Of a stretch of 60,475 nt of DNA, positions 1 to 12,034 are shown piece after piece. The position numbers and the translations under genes were made by a program. Below the pieces are notes generated by a model. That model was not told where the DNA came from, ran no database searches, and saw only the letters and a program-made list of their open reading frames with translations. The stretch covers positions 54,507,040-54,567,514 of the forward strand of contig NC_068988.1 of the NCBI RefSeq assembly GCF_001194135.2. The letters are read 5' to 3'. The first letter of the stretch is position 1. Each line of letters starts with the position of its first letter. This DNA is from Octopus bimaculoides (Eukaryota).

Positions 1-51
<51 letters not shown>

Positions 52-52
<1 letters not shown>

Positions 53-211
53 GACAAGCTTCTTTCAGTTTCTGTCCACCAAATCCACTCACAGGGCTTT
101 GGTCACCCCAACGCTATAGTAGAAGACACTTGCCCAAGGTACCACACAGTGGGACTGAACTTGGAACCATATGGTTGGGAAGGAAGCTTCTTATCACACA
201 GCCATGCCTGT
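52..211 (-). mobile_element. SINE family A, 5' half (tRNA-like head plus CORE-like block)
   Basis: Reverse complement matches the 5' half of the full copy at 27703-28125 (ggctgtgtg...gcaccttgggcaagtgtcttctactatag...gtgagtggatttgg). Confidence 0.9.
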
Positions 212-244
212 ATATATATATTATGTGGAAGATGCACAGGATCC

Positions 245-716
245 ATAAAAACTACAGAGACTCAGGAAATTGATTCTGTCAATTATCTACTACCTCTAAG
301 GGGTGGTAGATAATTTCTGTTATCTAGGAGATGATATTAATAGTGGGGGAGGATGCACAGAGAGTGTGATAACTAGAATAAGAATAGGATGGAGGAAATT
401 CAGAGAGCTTCTACACCTGTTGGCTATGTAATGTTTCCCTCTTTGAGTGAAAGGTAGATTGAAATGATGCATGTATACAATCAGCAATTCTACATGGTAG
501 TGACATGTAGGCCTTGAATGCAGAGGATATGCAAAGGTTAAAGAGGAACAAGGCTAGTATGCATCACGTGTACATGTTCGTCAGAGTGTTAGTGTATTGA
601 GAGAGAAATTAGGTATAAGAGGAATTAGATGCAGTGTGCAAGAGAGAAAACTGCGCTGGTTTGGTCATGTGATGTGGATAGATGCTGACAGCTCCATAAA
701 GAAGTGCCATCTTCCA
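245..716 (+). pseudogene. Decayed RTE-clade LINE ORF2 (RT C-terminal region)
   Basis: Translates as VVDNFCYLGDDINSGGGCTESVITRIRIGWRKFRELLHLL*...REKLGIRGIRCSVQERKLRWFGHVM. These are RTE thumb/C-terminal motifs (F.YLG, R.RWFGHV), broken by stops and frameshifts. Confidence 0.9.
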
Positions 717-981
717 TGTGTTGTTGGCACTCCGTCGCTTACGACATCAAGGGTTCCACTTGATCCGATCAACGGAACAGCCTGTTTATGAAATTAATGT
801 GCAAGTGGCTGAGCACTCCACAGACACGTGTACCCTTAACGTAGTTCTCGGGGATATTCAGCATGACACAGTGTGACAAGGCTGACCCTTTGAATTACAG
901 GCAGAACAGAAACAGGAAGTAAGAGTGAGAGAAAGTTGTGGTGGAAGAGTACAACAGGGTTCGCCACCATCCCCTGCTGGA
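717..981 (-). mobile_element. SINE family B, 3' portion, abutting the RTE fragment
   Basis: Near-identical to the copies at 5330-5712, 13164-13482 and 38328-38718; (CAA)-type tail; truncated by a TA/CA microsatellite. Confidence 0.92.
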
Positions 982-1039
982 TATATATATATACACACTA
1001 TGTATACATACACACATATATGTACATACTTGCATACGT

Positions 1040-1041
1040 GT

Positions 1042-1101
<60 letters not shown>

Positions 1102-1440
1102 TTACATCATGATAATGGTGGTGCTGCTACTGCTGGTGGTGGTGGTGGTGGTGCTGCTGGTGCTGGTTCTGGCGATGGTGGCAGCAGCAACTGTGGCAAT
1201 GTTGGCAGCAACAGGTGCAGCAGGAATGGCAGCAGAGGCGATAATGCTTGCAACATCAGCAGCATAGGCAGCGGCATAGGCGGCAACATAGGCAGCAGCA
1301 TAGGTGGCATAGGCGGCGGCAAAGGTAGCATAGGCAATGGCAGTGGCATAAGTGGCGGTATAAGTGGCAGCAGCGGAGACATCATAGGTAGCGGCAGCAG
1401 CAGTTGCAGCCAGTGATGATGATGATAATGATGATGAAGA
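1040..1440. repeat. (CA)n followed by a degenerate GGN/AGC/ATA trinucleotide tract and (GAT)n
   Basis: Direct inspection; source of ORFs 925..1416, 938..1267 and 1107..1385. Confidence 0.9.
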
Positions 1441-1696
1441 CGATGTGTTTAAAATGAAGCGCTGACAATTTCTTGAAGAAATAACTGTCTATAGGACGAT
1501 GATTATGTCTGTCCTGGAAGGATGATGTGTGTCCCACGCATTTGACCAACGCCTTCACCACTCTTCTTTGTCGCCTATCAATGCCAAAGGAACTCAGTTT
1601 CGGTAGGATATGACAGCATAAGAAAAAATTCTTGGCATCAGAAACAATAACTGAGAGGATGTAGGTAGTTGCATCTATAAATCATATACATATATG

Positions 1697-1727
<31 letters not shown>

Positions 1728-1780
1728 ATGAATGAGCATGTCTGTGTGTATATATATATATAGGCACACATATATGTCTG

Positions 1781-1812
<32 letters not shown>

Positions 1813-2569
1813 NNNNNNNNNNNNNNNNNNNNNNNNNNNNNNNNNNNNNNNNNNNNNNNNNNNNNNNNNNNNNNNNNNNNNNNNNNNNNNNNNNNNNNNN
1901 NNNNNNNNNNNNNNNNNNNNNNNNNNNNNNNNNNNNNNNNNNNNNNNNNNNNNNNNNNNNNNNNNNNNATATATATATATGTATATATATATGTATGTAA
2001 GTATATATATCATATATATATTATATGTACGTATAGGAAATATCATAAATGCCAAGACAACTTTTTATGTCCGTAGATGGTGAGAGCAAAGGAGGAAATA
2101 AGTGAACTATATGACGTTTCCTTGTTACTTGTCGCTGTTAGTAGACCAGTGGTGGTAACGGAGGTGGTGATGGCGGTGGTGGCGGCAGTGGTGATGGTAG
2201 CAGTGGTGATGGTGGTGGGTGTGAAGAGAATGGTCAGTACGACATGCCACAAATAGTCTGAGAGAGAGAGAGTGATTGAAGAAACTTGACCATATTCCAG
2301 GTTCATTTATTTCTTTTGTAGGAAGGAAGGGTTGGGGAAATGTAGATATGAAATGCTTTATGCAGGATGTACCTTCATAATGATGTCATTGTATCATATT
2401 GAGTGGTGGGAGTCTTAAATCTTTGAAATAAAATGCTTGTAAAAATTGAGTGAATGAACTTTTTAGTCTCTATTTGTAATTAATTCATTGCTAATGCTTT
2501 TTTTTCGCTTTAAGAATAGCATGAACATTGTGAAATCTTATCTTCTAATTGCTCCATAAATCTGAAGCT

Positions 2570-2604
2570 GTATCTATCTAGCTAGCTAGCTAGCTAGCTA
2601 TCTG

Positions 2605-2659
<55 letters not shown>

Positions 2660-2660
2660 G
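2570..2660. repeat. (CTAG)n/(CTAT)n tetranucleotide microsatellite
   Basis: Direct inspection. Confidence 0.95.
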
Positions 2661-2789
2661 TTTGCCTGTCTGTTAACCTATCAATCAATCTATATAGATA
2701 GAAAGACAGACAGACTGATAGATATATCTAAGCTATCATTGTGAGTGGGTACCAAAGTGAAATAATTCAAGAATGGGGTGGAGTGAAAA

Positions 2790-2940
2790 ACGTTGATTGC
2801 AGAATATCAAAAGTACAATTCCACTGGGCCAGATATGCCACAGGGTTCACAGAACAGACAACAGGTGGACCCATGCAGTTGCCAAGCACTATCCAAGAAA
2901 TAAGAAAAGGCTACTCAGAAGGGCTCCACTGCCTCATGAA
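2790..2940 (+). pseudogene. Decayed RTE LINE ORF2 C-terminal fragment
   Basis: KVQFHWARYA followed, after a frameshift, by RTDNRWTHAVAKHYPRNKKRLLRRAP. This resembles the RTE motif WAGH...DNRWT..V..W.PR..KR..GRP. Confidence 0.7.
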
Positions 2941-4332
2941 GGTAACTGCTAGCTCTCACTGTGCCCACAACTGTGCTGCCATCTGTTAGTGTGTTACAGA
3001 ACTAGTCTGGGAACGTTTTGATACCACCTTGTATGAATTGGGCATTGTCCTCGATCCATCCAGGTAGTAGCAGGACTACTGACTCCAAATTAAAACTGTG
3101 ATGACTCATCTAGTCATACCAACCTGGAAAGAGAACATAAAATGATGAGGATAATGATGTAACATGTATATATATATACATGTATGAGTGTATATCTGTC
3201 TGTATGTATCTACTTTATGTAAATACATGTGTATTTGTGTGTATGTATGTCCTTTTATCTTTCACTTGATTCAGTCATTGGACTACAGCCATGCTGGGAC
3301 ACTATCTTAAGGGGTTTAGCATCTATTTATTTACAGCCTTGATCCATTTTCAATTGAAGCACATAAGAAAGAGATATATTTGTATGAGTTAGTGTTAACC
3401 TATTTTATACATGGAACAATAAATAGCTAACTATGTGGTGAGTTAGATAGCTAGCTATCTAGATAGACAGACAGACAGACAATCAGATAGTTTTATCGTA
3501 ATATATTTAGTATTTGGAGCATTACAAAACAAACACACTTGTAATAAATGCGTAGTGCGGCAGAGAAATAGTGGACAAGCAGATGGTAAGTTAGTATTAA
3601 CATATTTAATACAAAGTACATTGAATGGCTTGATAGAAATAATTATAACATGAGACTGACAGATTGATAGGTAAGTTAGTTTTAACACATTTAATACATA
3701 GAGTATTAAAAAGTTGACTATAAATAAATATGTGGTAGGACAGACAGATAGGTAAGTTGGTGTGACAATAGTAATAACTTAATCAAAAACAAATCTTTTA
3801 TTAGTAGATAAAGTCTGTGTTTAGAAATACCATCTTAGTATACCAATATATATTTGTCTTTTGTTAATCTAAACGAAAGACAAATCTATATTGGTATATT
3901 AAGAGAGTACTTGGGACAGAACAAAAGACAGATATGAACGTATGTATGTACATGTGTGGGGTGGGTGTTGATATATTAAGAGGGTGGAACTTAAAAAACA
4001 AATATATGTATATTGGTGTATTGGTATTTTGGTTGTTTACAAAGTGCAGGCTTCATTGCAGAATATTTGTGGAGGTTGGAAAGAAGTGAGGTGAGCATTC
4101 TCCACCCAATGTGTTATGTCTGTGTGCATGAATGAAAGAGTACATATGAACTGAGATAAGAACTGGATATAAGAGGAATTGGATATATTGTGCAAGATAG
4201 AATACTATGCATATGGTGGATATCCATTGTACAATGAAGTGCCAAGCAGTCATGGTAAATGGAAATGTGGATAAGGAAGTCAAAGAAAAACAAGGGACAA
4301 AGTAGTGAAGACTAATTTCAAGAGGTTAAACC

Positions 4333-4768
4333 TTAACCCTTTAACATTCAGATTCCCTTGTCATATGTACAGTAATCCCTCAACTATCACGGGCATTATA
4401 TTTCAAAACCTCCCACAGAAATAATTAAAAATCTAAAAAATATAAATACCTATTGGCCAAAGAAACCCACAATATACTGAGGAGTCCGTGATATAAATTT
4501 ACATATATTAGCCAGAAAAATCCATGATGTACTGAGTGCACGATAGGTGAACCACAATATGGCGAGGGGTTACTGTAATGCTTCTTTATTCATACTGGTT
4601 TGAATTAATCACTGACTATCTTGTAGCTTCAAGATTTCAATGGTGTGTTTGTATATTTTTAGAATGACATTGTAGAATAGGTGTGAGAGATTGGGTCTGG
4701 TCAGTTTTAACATAAAGCAAGTAGAATATTTGGACTGGATTTGGCCAGATTAAATGCTAAAGGGTTAA
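4333..4768 (+). mobile_element. piggyBac-type MITE (family G), interrupted by a Tigger-type MITE
   Basis: TTAA|CCCTTTAACATT...AATGCTAAAGGG|TTAA termini; body matches the copies at 17149, 27298 and 51146. Confidence 0.9.
4370..4575 (+). mobile_element. Tc1/mariner (Tigger/pogo-like) MITE
   Basis: TIRs CAGTAATCCCTC / GAGGGGTTACTG with TA on both sides (4368-69, 4576-77); the host MITE resumes exactly after it. Confidence 0.88.
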
Positions 4769-5329
4769 AAAGAACATTATGAATGACTTTTGGTGAATGA
4801 ATGCTGTACTGGGGAGGATCCATCCAAACCATGCAAGCATGGAAAAGTGAATATAAAAATGATGATGGTTGTAGTGATGGAGATGTGTATATAATAACTA
4901 CATCCATCCCAACCTTCGTATTCATATTGAGTCTCCGATCTGTCACTGAATTATATCACTTCTACAATGAAGAATGGCCATATTCAGTTTCTTCTCTTAC
5001 TATCATCTTACCTTCATTGTTAGTCATCAAACAGAGAGCGTGATTGCTATAGCTCTCAAATGAGAAATAAATCTCCTAAATAATGGGTTTCATTATCACA
5101 AATAACTATCCTCAAAGAAAACAGAAGTTCAGCATGGCAAGCTAATGAACCACTTATGCAGTTATTTAGTGCCATTGTCGTATGATAGATAAACTGTTGA
5201 ACTGTACTTCATAATTTCACTTGTTCATGACTAGTTATGACAGAGCCATTAAGAGTTATAATATATCTTTATTTTTCTAGGCATCTGGGTATGATTTAAG
5301 GGAGATTTAGCTGCTATTTCTGTCATATT

Positions 5330-5712
5330 TGTTTGTTGGCACTCCGTCGCTTACGACAAGGGTTCCAGTTGATCCGATCAACGGAACAGCCTGCTCGTGA
5401 AATTAATGTGCAAATGGCTGAACACTCCACAGACATGTGTACCCTTAATGTAGTTCTCGGGGATATTCAGGGTGACACAGTGTGACAAGGCTGACCCTTT
5501 GAATTACAGGCAGAACAGAAACAGGAAGTAAGAGTGAGAGAAAGTTGTGGTGAAAGAGTACAGCAGGGTTCACCATCATCCCCTGCTGGAGCCTCATGGA
5601 ACTTTAGGTGTTTTCGCACAATAAACACTCACAACGCTCGGTCTGGGAATCGAAACCGCTATCCTATGACCGCGAGTTCGCTGCCCTAATCACTGGACCA
5701 TTGTGCCTCCAC
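5330..5712 (-). mobile_element. SINE family B, full length, 11-bp TSD
   Basis: tRNA-like head with A box (TGGTCCAGTGA) and B box (GTTTCGATTCC); TSD tctgtcatatt at 5319-5329 and 5713-5723. Confidence 0.95.
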
Positions 5713-6695
5713 TCTGTCATATTAATAAATACAGAAACCTCATTAAGTGGTTCATATTGAATGAATACGGCTACTATGAATTGTGAAATGTGTACATAGA
5801 TACAGGTAGTGATGGAAATTATAGGGTATGTAGAGAGGTGTTGTTCGCCTCACAAGATGAATGAGCTCATAGCATCTAACTCCTTCCTTCTCAACCTCAG
5901 TCTTGTGGAGCTTTGTATAGCCCTTTTTCCTAAAACCTGTTTCCATCACTGGCTGTAAAATACTTCTAAGTTTGAAATAAAATGTATCAATTGATAGATG
6001 AGTATTTGTATTGATTTGAAGAATATTATGGTTATAGAGTTTAGAGTTAAGAATACCAGAGCTTATTTTCTCAGTATTGAATCACTTGCTCGAAAAAGTA
6101 GCAGTTCTTACAAACTTATCATGTGTTTGATATTACTACATTCCCATCATGCACTAAATATGACATTCCCATCATGCACTTCTATCAGAACCATTAGCAG
6201 ATTGGACAAAATACTTTGCATCATTTCTGCTGCTGTTTTGGCTCTGAGTTCAAATTCCAGTGAGGTCAACTTTGCCTTTCATTCTTTCAGAGTTAATGAA
6301 ATAAAGTCCTGCGGTCAATATTATATAATTAACCCTCTTCTAAAATTGCTGGCTTTGAGCCAAACTTTGAAACCAATATTTTGTTTCTTTATCAAGCATT
6401 TCCATCATTTCTCAAATTATCCAAACAAGAAGGGGCTTGGAATTCGGGGATTGTTATTTGAGGGGGCTAGAAAAGAATAATGTAAAACCAAAATTTAAAT
6501 TTTAATTCATAGAAAATTTCCAACAGGAGTCACAATAAGACTGCTTATGCTGTGACTTCTATCATTATGTTAATAGAGATAATTACATAGATTTATGTTT
6601 TCCAAAGCAGAAAAAATTCTTGATTCAAGACTAATAGTTTAAATAATAATGTTTAAATAATAATGTTTAAATAATAATTTAAATAGTAATTTAAA

Positions 6696-7080
6696 TGGCT
6701 GTGTGGTAAGTAGCTCGTTTACCAACCACACGGTTCCGGGTTCAGTCCTACTGCATGGCACCTTGGGCAAGTGCCTTCTACTATAGCCTCGGGCCGACCA
6801 AAGCCTTGTGAGTGGATTTGGTAGACGGAAACTGAAAGAAGCCTGTCGTATATATGTATATGTATATATATTCTGTGTGTGTGTTTGTGTGTCTGTGTTT
6901 GTCCCCACAACCGATGCTGGTGTGTTTACGTCCCCGTTACTTAGCGGTTAGGCAAAAATCACCGATAGAATAAGTACTAGGCTTACAAAGAATAAGTCCT
7001 GGGGTCGATTTGCTCGACTAAAGGCGATGCTCCAGCATGGCTGCAGTCAAATGACTGAAACAAGTAAAGAGAAAGAGAGA
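6696..7080 (+). mobile_element. SINE family A, near full length, with internal TA/TG microsatellite
   Basis: Matches 27703-28125; tail gactgaaacaagtaaagag. Confidence 0.93.
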
Positions 7081-8424
7081 TAATAATAGTTTGAATAGTT
7101 TAAATAATAAAGCCTTTTATTTCCATATTGTCCAGGCTTTCTGTTTTTTATCCTTGATTTTAAAGAATTATATCAAAAGATAAAAGAAAGAAAAAAATGT
7201 GATTGTTTATGCTCCCTAAATCACAAGAGGATTTTTACAGAGTAGTGTCAAGTTCTTGTTTCATGGCATGGAGGCAGATGGTAGATATATTTCTTCATGG
7301 TTATTGCCGTTAACATTCTCAGATGATTTGACACATACACCTGAAAGCAAGATGAGCTGACAGTGAGATGAGCCAGGAACAATATCATTAAATTAGCAAA
7401 CAAAGCAGCTGTGAATTCATCAGTATTGTCGTCGCCGTTGTCGCCGTTGTCGTCATAATCATCATCACCAGCACCTCCACCACTACACCAATGCCATCAC
7501 CACCACTGCCACTATCATCACCATCATTGTTACCATCGTACTCATCATCATCAATATCATCCCTCTACCATTTACCTGACTGGTCTAATCATAAGAGTGC
7601 CTCAAAAACAAAACCAATAATGGCATAATCAAGTTGGGTAGATGGGGTGGAGATCAGCCTGAAGAGATTGGTTAAAGAAGTCAATCAACATTTCGTGTCC
7701 AGAGGAATTATCCTCAAAATATTTTTAAAAACAAAAAAGCTGCGCTTACCGTTTCCGTGATGTCCTGTCAAATTTGTACAAGAAACAATTTCTAATGAAA
7801 GCTCCCCACCACCACCACCACCACCTGCTGCCTTTTTCTTTTTTTGGTTAAATGTTTATAATAATATGTCATTCTATGGAATTATTCCATTCATAACAAA
7901 ATACCATTTAATGAATCAGCAAAAAAACCCATAACTGACTTCCTCTTTGAGAATCATAACTCCAGAATTTTATCCCGAGATTTTTTGTTGTTGTTTTGTT
8001 GTTTTTTTTTGTTTTGTTTTGTTTCCCTTTTGGTTTTAATGGAGAACTTCTGAAGTATTATAAGAGATAGTTTGTTTATACTTCTGTGTTTGGCTTTTCA
8101 TCGAGTTGTTCTTACAGAAATACCATTAACGATTTTATGGTTGTACCCACTCCTATCGTGTGTGTAGCTTTAAATGTGGGTACATGCATGTGTGGGTATG
8201 TATGTGTACACACGTGCACGTGCATGTGTGTGTATGTGTGTGTGTGCTTATAATTGTTGATGCTCGCTTTATTGCACAAAGATCACGTTTTAAGATAAGA
8301 ACCATAGAGTGTGACAGTCAAAAACATTGCTTATAATAAATAACAATAAGAAAAGCCAGCCTTATGGAATACCTTATATTATTAACAGGATAGGTCAAGC
8401 CAGTGAGAGAGTCTTTGCATTATC

Positions 8425-8610
8425 ATTTCTTCTGCTAGAAATAGCAGCAAAATCTATCTGAAATCTAAAAGTAGAACATTCACATTAGATAATATTGTTT
8501 GAGGTACTATGCCTGAAGAAAAAAACTATAATGAAATGGTCACAGCTGAATATCTATGATCATTGGTCTACTTAATCAGGGCTGATCTGGGAGTAAACAA
8601 CAACAATAAA
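8425..8610 (+). mobile_element. Unclassified interspersed repeat (family H) ending in (CAA)n
   Basis: Shares tagaaatagcagc.aaatct...tggtca..gctg.a...gatca...gatcagggctga.ctggg..taaacaacaac with 29290-29450 and 39715-39865, and with fragments at 5283-5320(-) and 25410-25447(-). Confidence 0.65.
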
Positions 8611-8734
8611 TGAATGGGTTGCAGTATATATATGTGAACTAAAAATAGGAAACCTGTTCATATCTAAGAGGCAAGTTGTAGCTTGAAAAAAGTCTACATT
8701 AAATATATACTGATACCTAAATGGTATATACCCT

Positions 8735-8945
8735 GATACTGACCATATTTGGCCTAAATATTCTATCTGTTTTAGGTTCAAACTGGCCAGATGCAGCTTC
8801 TCACACCTACCCTTCAATGTCATTCTAAAATAAACTATCACATAATCAAAATCTTCAAGCTACAAGATAATGCATGATTAATTCAAAGCAATGTGAATAA
8901 ATAAACATTACATTTGGCAGAATAATCTGAATGCTTAAAGGTTAA
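8735..8945 (-). mobile_element. piggyBac-type MITE (family G), one end degenerate
   Basis: Body and ...gaatgcttaaagggTTAA end match the other G copies. Confidence 0.85.
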
Positions 8946-10308
8946 TCTAATGGTGTTTACAGATTATGGCTTTGAACTGTAATCAGTCTCAATCCAAATG
9001 CATAGTAACCTTTCTCACTTGAAAAGTTTCCATTTACTCTGTTGGTTTTGAGCTATCTCTTCTACCATTGCACATATCAGGGCTCCCGTTATTATAAGCA
9101 ATTTGAGTCCATCCTGTGCCACTGTTCGCTTCTTCAATAGATTAATATATTCCACACAATGGAATATTGTTCTCATATCAAGGATAGGGCTTCTCCTTTG
9201 ATTACTGGCACCCTAGATGATATTCTGAAAAAGAAAATACCATCTATATACATCTACATCTATTACCATCTACATCTATTGTTAATTTATTCATTGGCCC
9301 TTGGAAAATACTGAAGACCAAAACACAAACCCCTTCATCTGATTAACTCTTCCACTGTTACCAACATTACTTTGTTGTCTTTTTCTTTTTTTTTTTTTTT
9401 CAAATAACATTACTTTATGACTTTTTCTTACACTGCTTTCATTAAGCAGTTCCAAAAGTGTTTTACTCTCACACTCCAGCATCTGTATCAAATCAGGGTC
9501 TACCACCCATGAAAAACCCTGGCAGTAGTTGCCTTGATTTAAAGGATACCACTCCATCTCACCCACACACTGCTCCTGCCAATGCGAATGGGAAGGAATC
9601 ATTTCTCATACACACACATGGCTGCTTAGTGAGAAAGAGAAACACTGGAAATAGAAAGAAAGAGAGAGAGAGAGATTCAGGTGTTACCGTTTGTTTATTA
9701 GGTCAGGTGAAAGAGTAGCTTGCTTGACTACCTGTGTTGTATGTTTGCTTTTTTTCCTCCCTCTATTGGCCAAGCTAACCAGGCTTTCAGTTTGTCAACT
9801 AACAGCGGCCATCTCTCCACCTACTCTCTCTCTCTATCTCTTTCTCGTTTTTTTGTCATTAAACTGATTTTTTTCACTCTGTCTTTTTCTTTTTTCTTTA
9901 TGTTCCTCTTCTTTAATTTCTTTAGGTTATTATGCCCCACCCACTTTCCACACTTTCTACATTATTCTTTTCTATGTTTGAAATTCACACCCTTCTCTCT
10001 TACTCCTACTACTTCACTCCTCCCTATTTCTTTTGTATACACTACTTTTTTTTTCCCCCTCATTCACCCTCTATTAATTATCTACCTGTCTATTTTTCTA
10101 CTTATTTATCCACGCACATATTTCTGTCATTGTGCTGAAGTATGTGGTTCAAGCAGCCTGTTCAGTTGCTCCCAAAGACCTCAAGACCTCTGCATAATTT
10201 CATAACACTCCAGAAACACAATATTTCACAACTGCAGCTTACTTCCAAATGCTTTTAGCTTTTAACATTTGAGTACTATAGAACTTACACCAGCAAAACC
10301 AGTATCAC

Positions 10309-10351
<43 letters not shown>

Positions 10352-10399
10352 NNNNNNNNNNNNNNNNNNNNNNNNNNNNNNNNNNNNNNNNNNNNNNNN

Positions 10400-10545
10400 A
10401 ATAACAACAGACGAGGACAGGTGGTGTAAATAACAAAAGTATATATTAGTATGACGCTCGGGAATACGGAAAGTCTTTGACGTTTCGAGCTACGCTCTTC
10501 AACAGAAAGAATACGGAGACAAGGAGAAAAACACAGAGAAAAACA
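10400..10545 (-). mobile_element. Penelope-like terminal-repeat remnant containing a hammerhead-like motif
   Basis: Related to 41120-41410; contains the motif at 10474-10510. The PLE assignment is inferred from the known PLE/minimal-hammerhead association. Confidence 0.6.
10474..10510 (-). ncRNA. Minimal type I hammerhead-ribozyme-like motif (variant core CUGUUGA)
   Basis: Minus strand reads TCTTT-CTGTTGA-A-GAGC(GTA)GCTC-GAAAC-GTC-AAAGA: 5-bp stem I, 4-bp stem II, palindromic ACGT stem III and a GUC triplet. Confidence 0.65.
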
Positions 10546-11025
10546 AATATATATATATACACACATATATATATATATACGGATACAATTATAAATATTA
10601 TTTCTGGTTTTGTACTGAACAAATTTACAGTTATTGGACTTCTTTAACATTTCACCTCAACATTTTATGCAGCAACAACATATTACAAGTAAAAGATTCA
10701 TAATCGGAGTTTATAGAATGGATTAAATACCTTTGAGATTTGTTTGTATGAGTGTGCTCAATCGTGAAGGTTTCTTTCATTTTCTAGAAAAAAATTTTTT
10801 GTTAATACATACACTCATTTAAAGTACACAAAAAAAAAAACCCCTCAAAGAAAATACAAAGTAAGTGTTTAACCACTATATTTCATGCATTGCTAATTGG
10901 AATACCTTGCAATATTTAGTTTAGGCTCTTTGTGTTCCGAGATCAAATCCCAATGATGTCAGCTTTGTCTTTCATGTTTCCAGTGCAAAAATAGATAGAA
11001 GAAAAAATTTAATTGTTATGTTCTA

Positions 11026-11287
11026 AAAAAAATAATAAATGCGCCCTTTTAAAGCCTAGCCAGGCTCATGGGCCCGGTTTCCTGGCTTCAGTGGCATATG
11101 TGTTCCCCAGCTGGATGGGACACAAGTCCATCGCAGCGTTACTCATTTTTGCCAGCTGAGTGGACTGGAGCAATGTGAAATGAAGTGCTTTGCTTAAGAA
11201 CACAATGTGTCACCTAGTCCAGAAATCGAAACCACAATCTTACGATCATGGGGCTGACACCCTAACCACTAAGCCACGTGCCTCCAC
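11026..11287 (-). mobile_element. SINE family D, full length, 15-bp TSD
   Basis: tRNA-like head, CORE-like ttgtgttctt.agcaa..cacttcatttcac.ttgctccagtccactcagctg block and ctgcgatggact tail module; TSD aattgttatgttcta at 11011-11025 and 11288-11302. Confidence 0.95.
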
Positions 11288-11359
11288 AATTGTTATGTTC
11301 TAGGGATGACAAAATCATCAACTCTTCTGAAAATTTGTGGTCTTGCACAATTGTTAGAA

Positions 11360-11398
<39 letters not shown>

Positions 11399-11419
11399 TT
11401 ACAGTGTTCATTTCTTTTG

Positions 11420-11580
11420 ACTCTTTATGTTCTTGAATTCAAATTACACTAAGGTCAACTTCGCCTTTCATCATTTCAGAGTTGATAAGATAAAGTACCA
11501 GTCAAGTACTTGGGTCAATGAAATTGATTAGCCCCATTCCCCATAAAATTGCCAGCCTTGTGCCAAAATTAGAAAGAACC
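11420..11580 (+). mobile_element. SINE family C, degenerate
   Basis: Contains the gttcaaatt...aggtcaactt.gcctttcatc.tttc...gataa...aagtaccag block. Confidence 0.8.
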
Positions 11581-12034
11581 ATTTTGTAATATACTTGAAT
11601 GTTTCATTTCACTCAATCGTGCGGTGAAAATGCTGCATGTCTTATATACATGCAGTGCTTTATTTTGGTTTTCTATTTTTATTACACAGTGCCTTGTAGT
11701 AATAATTTTTATGTTATATTTATTTATGGTTCGTAGTTTTTTTTAACTTTTGGTTATGTCTGTTTTAATCCTTCCCAAGATACTTATTGTTATAAAATTG
11801 TTTCAGTTTTCAGTCCCCACGTGATTATCTCTTCTTCTAAACCTTGATATTTAGACAATTTCTCAATTTCTCTCAATGGTATATTATTGTCAATTGGAAG
11901 AAATATGTCTTTTAGGAGGTATTTCTCTTGCCACTCCAAGACAATACTATCTGGCTGATCAACATTGATCTCCCAGTCTATATAGATTGCTATATCTCAG
12001 AGAATATTTACCTTGTCATTCAATCAAAATCAAT

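Noticed and set aside
5640-5712. tRNA genes at SINE 5' ends (also 38328, 11215-11287, 27703, 36146)
   Set aside because: A/B boxes are present, but I see no complete cloverleaf and each is followed by a SINE body, tail and often a TSD.
9458-9718. Pro/Ser/Thr-rich 86-aa ORF behind a plausible acceptor
   Set aside because: No convincing donor, no recognisable domain, and it ends in an AG microsatellite.
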